From NCBI GenBank assembly GCA_002633005.1, contig NMRA01000191.1:62001-126000 (forward strand): a stretch of DNA of 64,000 nucleotides, read 5' to 3'. Both the position numbers and the translations under genes were made by a program. A model generated the notes under the pieces. It was given only the letters and a program-made list of their open reading frames with translations. It was not told where the DNA came from and searched no databases. This stretch comes from Phoronis australis. Its lineage: Eukaryota; Animalia; Phoronida. Shown in pieces: positions 37,801-49,800 of this stretch; within the stretch, counting starts at the first letter, position 1; every line of letters begins with the position of its first letter.

Positions 37801-40800
37801 ATCAATTTTGGGCTTGTCTTTGACAAGGAGTGCATGTGGGAGATAAGAAGGTGTCTCTAAGAAAATTGATTTCACTACATCTGTTGCTAAGTGCAGTGCT
37901 CAAATGGATCGCTTTAGTGATGACAGATATCTCCTTTAAGTACTTGGAAATAGTGCAGCATCGGAATCAGTCATTGTTGTGCAATGGCAGTTTGTCACTG
38001 ACATATTTAGCAGCCATAAAAATACATGCGTCTCTAGCTCTTTACCAGAGATGAAGAGGCACCGAGGTTGGTGAAATAAGGGTATTTATTATGAACAAAT
38101 ACAAGTACAAAGAATATGAATAAAAATAAGATATTATCTTTGGAAAGATGGGCGTTAAAAAATCACAACGGAAGTACAAGAAGGTGCCAAAAGTGAGGGG
38201 AGGTACTGGGTGGGTAAAATTGAAGGGAGTCTGGATATATACGTCTGCATAGCTGACACAAAGAAATTTTATTGAAACATGTAAGTTTACAAACAAAGAA
38301 AATTCCTGTGACACGTGACAACCATCAGTCTGTCTGAGCCGGGGCGGTGACCAAACTCCAGTCATATGACAACATTGACTAATAAGAAAGCTTGGGGTAA
38401 GCGTCATTTAGCCCGCAAAAGGGAGTCTGTGGACCGATCTGAAATGAAGAACTGTGAGCTTCTATCTCTTGTTACATTCTCGCATCGTTGATGGATCCGA
38501 TGCACAATTTGTCTTGATAAAAAATGAAATACATTGAGAAAACATTTTGGTCACTTAAACGTTTACTTGGTTATTTTATCAACACAAAAAGTTTAAACTG
38601 TGAAGTATAAGGCCCATTCACGTGCACACAATTACCGTGTAATTACTTGGAAACTCGATATTCTCCTTTACCGGAATTCTTACTTGCATGTGATTGCTCG
38701 AAATGGCACCCTTCTCCTGAGCGGCAAATTTAGCTGGTATATTACCACTAACGACTGCGTTATTTAGTACGCCGTGGCGAACATCCAGCGAAGCAGTTAT
38801 GCTAATGATAATCCTAACATCACACAAGCACATTGCAAGCCACATTTCCTGCGCAGTGAAAAATCTCTTTGTGGAGTGAGTCCTAGTGCTGTCTGGGACC
38901 AGGAGGGATCGTGTGATGTATGCTTAGTGGGCAAAAAACTAGAGGTAATTTATTGTAGGTTTTCAGTGTTTTCAGAGGTTTTAAATCACTGCTGGGTGAA
39001 CTGCCACATTTGCCCCCCGGGAATGAATCCACAATGGGTTTACTGGCGGCATTTTTTACGAATTCTTTACCAATTTAACTCGTCGTTAACAGAATTGAAA
39101 GCGGATTTAGGTAAACAATTAATGCGGGTTTCTCAGTTAAGCATGTGAATGGGGCTATTCTGTAATACAAATGAGTTAGTTAGTGCAGGTGGCAGAGTGC
39201 CAAATAGCTCACTTGCGAGTTTCTCGTTAGTCACTGTGACGTCACCGGAAAGGGGGCAAAACCCGCCATATTGCTCTTGTTTTGCCCCGAGTCTTTGCTA
39301 CACACGCTAAAATTTACTGGAGTTCTTAGGTGAATTTTACGCTTAAAACGTTAAAACAACTTAAGATATGGTAGATGGGTCGTGGAATAACTGTGAATGC
39401 ACGAAGAAAATGTGAACTTGTTATGTTGTGCGAAGCTGTGAACGGACTGAAATTGGAACTTAACCCGCTCTAGGCCTGAATGGCGCAGGCACACAGGGGC
39501 GATAGTGTATCCCCATAAAAAGATATTCACTTCAAAATACAGCAAATAAAATCAAATGAAACATGCATATGTGCACATGAAGTTATAGTTAACACATACC
39601 CTGACTCTGGACACAATTTAGTCTACAAATAACTTGAGCATATTCATGAAAACCTCGCGGTTCTCTCGAGTTTTTCTCACTAGCCGCCATTTTGAGGAAG
39701 TTACGTGAAATCACGCCTGTTGACGAACAAAAAGTCCAAGGTACACAAATCTTACAAATTTCCCTTGATATTTTCTCATGCTATTTTGCAAGTGTCACGC
39801 GCCAGGTCACGCGCCAGATCTCGCGCTTCGCTCAGTCTCTTGCTAGCCTTTGCCTCATACTCACCTGACTCAGTTGAAATACTTGATTGTGGTTATCGCG
39901 CGCGCGGACAAAGTTAACAGTAACCACAAAGTGGAGTTGGAATTCTTCGCCTAAGTCACCTGAATTCCCGTATATATGCTTCATCGAAGATATGCTTAGA
40001 AGCAGAAAGAGTCACTGAAGAAAGTAAGAGCCTTTTAGGTGCTAATTTTAGGTGTAGAATGTATTTTCGACGAGGTGAAAACTTTACCAGTGAGCGGATT
40101 TCGCCTACCGCCCGTTTAAAATACACGGGACGAAATTAGTACAGAACGCGATAGAACGTATTGTAGTGCGAATCTGAAGTTCATTTGCCATAACAGCAAT
40201 GCTTTTGGACATTTTTCGAACTAAACGGCTAAAAACTCGAAGACAATAACAGAATACACTCTGCTACCGTATTGGGCAAATGACCAAACGACAAGCTTTT
40301 GCCCCACTTCCCGTGACGTCACAGTTAAGTCTCACATAATCTCGCGTTATTGTTATAAACTCGCAAAAGGTCTATTGCCCTCTTGCGTAATCTTAAGAAA
40401 TTGAGCACCCTGGTTGTTTGCTTGTAAAGCAGAGAGAGATGAGAAAACCACCAAAACAGAAGTCTAACCAGCATTTGAGAAAATGGAGTGTGCTGCCATA
40501 TCAATCATCATAAAGGAAACTGGTTTGAAATAGTATAGATTTTTATGCAATCTGAAATTCAAGAAACTAAATGAAATTTTCTAACAAATGAAATTCATAA
40601 ACGTTGCAAATAACATGTACATTATAATGTTGGTCTTAGTGAATTTCTGGAAATTCTTATATTTTCTTACTTTGTTTCCAGTCTCATTTTCTCTGTGTCT
40701 CATCTTTAAATTGATTTGCAAAATAATTCAAAAACTTGCATTTTGAACGCATTCCACAGGTAACTAAGAAAAGCGGGAAAATGGGCAAATAAATATCACC

Positions 40801-43800
40801 AAAGGATAAAAACTTTGTGTGGAATAGAGAGCAGGGAAGTTTCTGACCAGGTTTGAAAATACCGGTATGCCCTTTGGGTGTACCTGATGATAAAAAGTGC
40901 CTTTTTCAAAAAGTTGTGCCCTGCAGACTTAGTGGTAACATATGAAGTAAAAACCTGAAGGGCAATCGAAATAAAAAAATTGCGTTTTTATTTAAAAATT
41001 CTGAGCCAAGCGACGTGTTGTCATTTGTAAAAGAAATGGTAATTTACGATCACATATTGGAAAACCTAAACTGCCGGTTAACTTAATGGTCTCATTTTTT
41101 TGAAATCTGCAACCTATATATTACCTTTAAAACTGGCTGTAAGTTGACTAGAATCTTACTTTTTTGGAAGTGTTGCATTTTAAAAGGTGCGCCCTAGCGC
41201 ACTGCTGCAATGTTCTTGCGCCTTTTAAATTTTTTATGCGCTAATGGCCCTGGAGAGCCTTTACTAGTCTACAATGGTCATATGATAAGCAGGCGCATTT
41301 CATTTATGCTAATAAACATTCGAAGTATTTTATGTGGGCGACTGTCTGTAATGATATTGAAATTGAATGTTGACCAGAAGGTAATAAACATTTTCCTATA
41401 TAGTGGTGACATAGTGAAATATGCCTTGTTGCCATTTGGCAGTAAGGTAGTTGGTAGACATTGTTTTGCATTTTTGGATGAGTTTAATGCGTTGGGATGA
41501 TTTCCAGCATTTTTACCAGTTCTTTGTTTAGGTGATGGAGGCTCTCATAGACACATCTGCACATTTAGCCAAATAACTAAAAAACCCATAGAATTTATGT
41601 CATCAAAAGTATGTATTTTCCAAAAGCAGAAATTCTGAGAAAATGATCCATTCTTGTTTTTTTATTTACCTATTTATATTCTACATTTCGTGAAACAATA
41701 GTATCCTTGGGAGTATCTGTATCGCCTTATTTAGTTTCAGATTTATTTTCTACGTGAGAAAATGACAAATGTGGTAAGGGATGACGCCTCACAGCAGGGT
41801 GAATGTGCTGTCACCGGATGATCATTGGGGCGTGGCAAAATGTTGAATACGGTGAAGTGTGCGGTCACCTGGTGAGGGCTAAGGTGATGGCTAAATGATG
41901 AATACTGTAAAATCTCGCTAATTTTGGACACACTTTGGTAGACAAGTGAAATTTTGTTTTTTATTTTTTTTCATAAAACATAAATGCTTTTATAATATTT
42001 TCAAATTCTGTAGCATAGATGCCAACAGACAATTTCTTAAGATACTTTAGTTATTCACAATATTTTAAACCCCTAAAAAAATGAAAAATGGTAAATATTG
42101 GTTACTGTTTTCATCTGAATTGTGGTAACAGAGCTGTTTTGATAGTCGAGAATACCCAGGTTTTGCATCGTAACTTCGTACGGGTAAAAATTAAAGCAAT
42201 CAATTTTAACTCACATCAGTTAGTGAACACATTTTTCTACATAGTTATTGTGTTCACTTTATGCTGGCGATAGTGATCTGATTATGTGATAAACTGAGAA
42301 TGTTTAATTGAGATGTGGCTCAACATTTCTGAGGGATACCGCCTCTTATGCATGTAGCTGTCGGTGCTCATCATTATGCAGGCAGTTCCCTGATTGCGGA
42401 AACTTAAACATGCATACTTATGTAGGATGCACTGAGAGTAGTTTGTTCTTGAATTGTGCTTTATTCAGTTATTATGGGCCTATACACATATGTGGTCGCA
42501 TATTGTAGACATCTGGGTATCCTCAATGTCTCGAAAACCCTGGTGGAATTTGATGAAATTTGACTCAAGGGTGTAGGACATCACTAGAACGGATCATGCC
42601 ACTGTTCAATCAGCCCCCCTGTGGTTAGGAGCATTGTTTTTTGTTTATTTTATGGGAAAGAACGTTTCTGAATGGTATCTAGAGAATGGTTTGATGGCTT
42701 TCAATGAAACTTGACATAGAGGTATGTGACATCATTGTGACGGCACCATTACATTTCAACCACTGCAGTACCTCCTAGTGGCCATTTTTGTTCTTGACAG
42801 GGAACTTTTCAAGACGTCTTGTTTTGGGAGAAGAGCATTTCTGGATGATATCTATAGAACTAATTGAAGGATTTCATTGAAACTTGACACGGAGTGTATC
42901 ATGTGAATGTTCTGGCACCATTGATTTCTGGGTTGATTCAACTTCTGCAGTGCCTCATTGGGGTCATTTTGCGTGAGAAAGCTTCTAGATAATATGTAGA
43001 GAAACGATTGAAGTATTTCAATGAAAGTCGACACAGAGGTATGTGATGTCAATGCACTGTCAGACTTGACCACTATAGCACCTCCTATTGGCCATTTTGT
43101 TTTTCGACTAGTGGCTTTTCAAATGCTGTTTGAGTGTCTCAGTAAGGCCGATATTAAATGTCGTTGAGTCATTGGGTGACTGGATGTGTGACAGTAACAG
43201 ATATTTTCTGGGCGATTCGGGGTGTGAGGGTGCGGAAGTGTTCACTATCGCTGGGTCATTTTGACTTTAAAAACACCAATTATGATTCATGAAATAGTTC
43301 CTTTTAAAAATAACGCAAAAGTTCTTTACAGTATTAGAAACTTTTTGAAATTAGTGCCAATATTTATTTCTTGCCGATGCTATGCTACCCGTTTCATGAA
43401 TAGATAGTTCCCGACTAATGTCTTCAGTGACCGCTACATGTATGTAGCACGCTCTTCCTGGCCACATGCTTTTAACACTGGTCAATTTTTTTCGCGGTTT
43501 TCACGTGTATAAAGAAATTTGGATTTCTGTTGAGGGAGATCTGTATAGGAAAAATGCAACCTCGTTGACAAGTACGCTGTGTCTGTTCTGAAAGGCCCGA
43601 CAACAGTGGGACACGTTTCTTGCAAGATCAGCAAAACTTTTGCATTCTTTTTGAAACATGGTGGTAGTTTGAAGTGTACAGATCTGAAAACTCCGCGCAC
43701 TATGATTTTTTCAGGACTGTCGCATCTTAATGATAAATTGAAGACGTTACTGTAGAATTTTAGGACGGTGTAGGTAAGGCATTTTTCGCATGTACACGTT

Positions 43801-46800
43801 TATGGGCTGGGTACTTATTTTAGCCAAGTCTAAAAACGCGTAGGGGGCGCTTATAGGGTATGGGTGCATATTAGGGCGAATACGGTATGTATGTAATGAT
43901 AATAATACACCGACTGTCCGACACCATTTGATTTTTGGGTAGAGGTGACCTCTGCCTCATCTCCCAGTGGCCATTTTGTGGAGGAGTGTTTCCAGATTTT
44001 ATCTAGAGAACCGATTGATGGAATGAAACTTGACACAGCGGTATTTGATGTCAATGTGCCAGCACCATTTTATTTTCGATTGAATATAACCCCCTATGCA
44101 CCTCCTGGAGGCCTCTTTGAGGAAGAGCGTTTCCAGATCATATCTGGGTATCTGATTAACATATTTTAAAGGAGAATGCCACCCAAAAAACAACCTATTT
44201 TGTATCAATTTAGGTCGAGTAGTTCTACTCGACAACGTCACGTTCAGTTGCGTTACCTGACACCTGACGGCACACGGAGGTGTTGAAATTATCCAATGAC
44301 GTAATTGGTTTCACACGCAGTCTGTTCAGCAGTTCACAACACGGGTTACTGGTGTCAGCTTATCGCTTGAATTCATCGTTTAACACCGATTAACCGTCAA
44401 ACTTCAATGAAAAATACACCGAGTTCTTATAAAAACGTGTTGTTTTATTTCGCTGTTTCGGATTTACTGGTATTTGGACACACCGTAGCCTACAAAGTTC
44501 GGCAGGCCAATTTACCAAGGTCCGTAGCACTGAGGAGTTCGGGGTCTGTTCGGAGATAAATTCGAAGTATTCTTCCGTGAAATACAGAGAGGAGAACCTA
44601 GATCTGTGTTGTTATACTTGTGATTTTTTGAGTTCTTAACACACAAAACGCTTGTTATCCGCCGGCCAGTGGCTCGGAACCCGATCAGGCCAGTAACGGC
44701 CGGACTGACTCGTTATCCCGGCCAGTGCGGGCTCGGAACCCGATCAGGCCTGTCGCGGCCGCCGGGACTGGCCCGAACATAAACCAGCTTGAGTTGGAAA
44801 CTAAACCTCCAGTCACAATGTGCATGTAATTATTTATGTGAATTAGCCACGAAACTGAAAATCTACTTACTTGTCGTGGGGTCGCGATGTTGGGTTCCCC
44901 TTCCACAGACCGTCAGGCAAAGGTTGTACAGTAACAATGATTTGAATAATGTGTTTGTATTTCTAAATAAAGATTCCCCTAACATGTGACCATAGCATAT
45001 AAAATCGAGTAATTGTTTCACAGCAGCTTTCTGCCAGCAAACACTGAATTAGCATGCGCTCACACGGCCTCGGTGCCTGGTCAATTAGCTTTGTTGCCGG
45101 CATCAAAAGCCGGTAACGCAGTGGTTTATTCATTGCTGGCTTCTCAAAACATTTGCACTCACGAGCACTCCAAGTCATTACAAATTGTATCTAATGAGAC
45201 AGGCTTTGTTTTAGTGTCATATAAGCATTGGTTAGGATGAGAATAATTCATTTTGAAACAGAAAGCAGAATAATAAACGTCTACTAATAAACGGCAACTC
45301 ACCCCGCGCCAATCCCGACTTAGTCAAGAGCTCAGGCGACGAAAACTTCACGGGTCAGATCTTTAGGTTTCTCAGGCTATCAGTTCGAACCGGAATACAC
45401 TGATCAAGAAATACTAGAGAGGCGCCGTGAACATGCACAGGCAACGGAACGTATGGATAATTCTTTGGTAAGCCGGAATACGTCAGAGAAATCACTGTCG
45501 ACGAAATGCCGGCCACAGGACACGGAGATGATTCACGGCCTCATACTTGCTATTAACAGCCTACCTTTCATTCTTCACTACTGCGAGCCACTTCCTAAGC
45601 ATTTCGGGCTCGCGAGGAAGTCGAAAAAAAAACGATATGCCGGCTTTTTTCGCAGCTTCATAGTTCGGACAAGCGGGAGCGATGCACGCAATATAGCGGC
45701 ATTCACTCTGCAGACCAACCACTGACGTCGCTGCGTCGTTTCTCACCTTCCTCACAGGTTAACGCGACACCTCTCATCAAGATGAGGTCGACCGTATAAG
45801 AGGCGATGTAGATATAGACCGATTAAGATGGTAAAAAAGACTAATTGAATGGGGTGGCATTCTCCTTTAATGAAACTTGACACAGGTACGGTATGTGATG
45901 CTAGTACTCTGGCACTATTAAATTTTGGCAGATTTGACTACTACAGCACCATCTAGTGGCTGTTTTGTTCTCAGTAAGTGGTTTCAAGTGTTTTTTGAGG
46001 GAAAGAGCAATTCTGGATATCTAAAGAATGGATTGATGGTTGTCAACAAAACTTGACACAGACATATGTGATGTTAATGCGCCAAACAATTTATTTTTGG
46101 GGTCGATTTGCCCACTGCAGCGTCTTGACAAGGGATTTGTCAAATTTTGTTTGAGGGAAGAGCGTTTCCAGATGATATCTAGATAACAAACTGAAGGATT
46201 TCAATACTTGGCTCAGAGATAGATATATGATGACAATGTGCTGGCGACGTCTGATTTTTACCCAGATTTGACCTATATAGCACCTCCTAGTGGCACTAAA
46301 AACACATCATTTGCTATGCACCGTGGGAGTATGTCAACTCCCCAACATTGTTCTTATTAGTTAATTTATATGATTGTTAATTATACTCAATTCAGGTGCA
46401 TCCATCCAAATCTGCTTCTGATACTGCAAACTTTCCAAAAGAAGTTGATCATCCCTGAATTCCACAAATTCTGTGACGATATTGAAGAGATCTACCTACA
46501 ATGCCGTACCAACACTACAGGCAAGGTGGGTATTGTTTGTGTTGCAGGTGTGTAAGTATGACATGCGGTAGATGTTGCTATATAATTTGAAGCTTTCCTT
46601 TCATTTTTAGTGCTTCGTAGATCAGGGGTTTGTTTCACGAAAAAGATTTGAGTCCAAAATTTGGTCCACTCCATGAAACTATTTCTGAAAAATATTTTAA
46701 TCTCACTTGAGTACAAAGTCTCTGAGAATGTACGCATAAATTAACTGCTAGTTATTGCGATAATTTCTTTTATTTTTTCCGGACTGTTACACAGTCGTAA

Positions 46801-49800
46801 TTACTTGACTAGACCTTTATTCAGCAAATGTGAAGTCAAAATGTTAGACAAATTTCTGTGTCTTGGTCCTAAGTCTCTCTTCATGAACCACCCCTGGTGA
46901 TCTCACTTCTATAAATAGTATTGCGTCAGGCATATGGCCAAACATGGCTAAAAAGTGCTTCGTGTTTCCATAGCACACTTTTCCTTACATTTGCTACTAA
47001 CTGGTACTTATTGTTTATACTTGGTGAACATATTACTATCATTTTTAAAATGAAGAAGTAGATATTTTCATCATCATTTGTCATTCCATAAGATGTGTAA
47101 AAAAGTTCAGCATGTCTGTACATGGTTGTGTGTTTTCATGCATTGTTCTTGTTGCATGAAATGCAGAAATGGAAATCTTCTATTTTAAAAATTTTTAAAG
47201 TGGCTTTAAACCCACATTTGTTGAAGAATATAGCTTTTGATTTACCCCCCTTACCGCTATAAAATTGTTCTCAACTTGTTCCATTATCAGATGAAAAGTG
47301 ATTTTTGGGTCTGTTAATAACCGATAGTTCCTTGCTGCTCAAGAACATGCTCAGCAAATGAAATGACGCACCGCGACGAGTCAACTTGTAGAGTCTCATC
47401 TCGAGCATTGACGAATTGTCAGGTCTTTCCAAGTCCAGAAGTCAAATCTGTTTTGACTATTAGGAACACTTAAAGTGGTATACATTAAAAGTTTATTTTT
47501 GTAATGCAAGGCGATTTAATAACCACTCTTAACCTTACCTTAGAATCATATTATTGTACAAAATTTAATATCTATCTGTAGTTGACTGTTTTGTATCCTG
47601 TGCTGAGCAACTGCCACCTAATGTCTTATTTTGCTCTATATCAACCATCATTTGTTCCCTTTTAGCTGCTGTCATTGTTTGTGTGTTTATGTTTTGAAAT
47701 GAGTGATTGGTTACCTGCAAGTGTAGTTTGAACCCGCAGGCAAACCATTGTTTATTTCTGTTGCAGGTTGCCAACTATATTCCTCAGTTGTCTAGGTTTA
47801 GCCCAGATTTGTGGGGTGTCTCAATCTGTACGGTCGATGGGCAAAGGTAAGTGAACATGCAACGGTTGATACATAAGGAATGGACTCCCATGTAAGCACT
47901 CACTATGGCAGACAAGTTATTCATTACATCAGAATTATCCAAAGAGCTAGGTGTCAGCTTTGTAGATTTATTGTTGTAGTTGCATGCGAGTCAAACAGCT
48001 TGCATGGGACGTTTTCAACCTTTATATCGCAATGTATTTCATGTGTATGTTCACGATGTCGTTCCGTGGAATTAATGATGTCGTGAGACTCGCGCAGTAC
48101 AAAAACACATTTGACCAGTATGACAATATTCACAGCAGTGCCGGAACATGGCGTATAACCCAAGCTCGGTCTCAGCGATTTGAGGGCACTCGGCCATTCA
48201 TAAACAAAATACTCATAGTACAATGCATGGTAAGGCGGAGCTAACTTCATTCACAATTGTATTCAACAATTCAAATATGAATTATTGTGATGAATACTAA
48301 TTTAAGTTGGACTCCTTATTGCAACGAGTGCTGGTAAACCTGTCACCTCAAACCCCTCTGTGTACAGTACAGGTACTTTGCATTCTGTAGGATAAAATCA
48401 ATTCAAGTGCATTCATAAACTCATAAGGGGTGTTAGTGCTCTGTGTCTACTGTACAACTGTGTTTTCATGTAAACAAAATCTTTTCATGGCCAAAATACT
48501 GTGGATAGTAATGAATATTGTGTTGGGTCTGGTTGTTGTTCAAGATTTGTACAAGAAACCTTGAAAGATTTCTGTGTTCTTTCTACAAAACAGTTGCATT
48601 TTTTGAGGATTTTCAGGAAAGTTGACTGATGTGTTCCTACTGAGGAGAGCACATGGTTTGCATTTTTTTTCAGAGGAATCCAACTACTGCTGTGCCCCTT
48701 AGTGGCAACTTTTATTTATTTTAGAGCCTTCCATAATACCTGCCAAGTTTAGTGAAAGCTTGTCATGTAATTTGGTGGTTGTATTCCAGTCAACAAGAGC
48801 ACAGTTGGCGTTAACGGTACCGTCTTGCGGCAATTTTGTCTTTTTGCATCTGCATCAAAAACTACCTAATCCCTTTCAATGTTTTTCATTGGAGGAGAAG
48901 GCAGCACCTGATTTGCAGCACCTGATTTAAAGTCTTGTTATGTTTTAGGTGTCTTCCTCCTTATTTCCTTAACAGACAGAGAAGTTGTTTAGTACGTAAT
49001 TATGTGTCTAGTGAGGGAAGCCTAGCCTTCATTGATATTTGAATAGCTTTGATAAATGCTATGCCCTCTAGTGGCAGTTTCATGTTTGTGAAATTTAGCA
49101 GCTATGTTTTTACTTTTTAGTAGCTAGATGATTGCATTCGACAAATTTTTGGGTACCTAGCATAGTGCCAAGTTCACCAGCATTGCTTAGTGGAATAGAA
49201 ATATTTGAAAAAAAAATGAATGCACATTGCTTTGTAGTGCCTTTGTGTTTCATATGCTGTTGGTCTGGAGAAATTTATCGTACTCGTTTGATTTGATTGC
49301 TATTTTTTGTACATCTACTTCAGATATTCTATCGGCGACACATCCTATCCTTTCTGTCTGCAGTCATGTAGTAAGCCGTTTATGTACGCCTTAGCTCTGA
49401 ACGAGTTGGGGTCGGATGTCGTCCACAACTATGTGGGGCAAGAGCCAAGCGGTCTACCATTCAGTGCCATAGCCCTAAATAAACAACGTGAGTATAGGAA
49501 ACAGGGCGCAGTTGCATGTAACTGTCCCAATGGGGACTCGACTATGTTGCCAGTTTTCAGAGCATTTGCGGACTGCGTGCAAATACTTATTGCTCTTTTG
49601 TGTGGTACGTTGTCTTCATTGCTATGTCAAGTTTGAGCTTTGATACACAGCAAGACGAAACTCTACGCTGAATTCTTTAAATTGTTGTAAATAGATTGGG
49701 ACATTTTCATGCAATCCCTCTGATTTAGTCTTGCTTATTTTCATTGAAGTAAGGGCCCAGTTTTCAAGTGTATTTTAAGTAAAAGAGGTGCTTGTATTAA

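Larger units (their letters stand above)
42472..46355 (+). mobile_element. Large decayed HINE-like element with internal tandem units and nested insertions
   Basis: Recurring unit (ATGAAACTTGACAC..CACCTCCTAGTGGCC) at about 42700, 42880, 43020, 44020, 45870, 46050, 46200, interrupted by about 43143-43888 and by 44170-45866. Confidence 0.55.
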
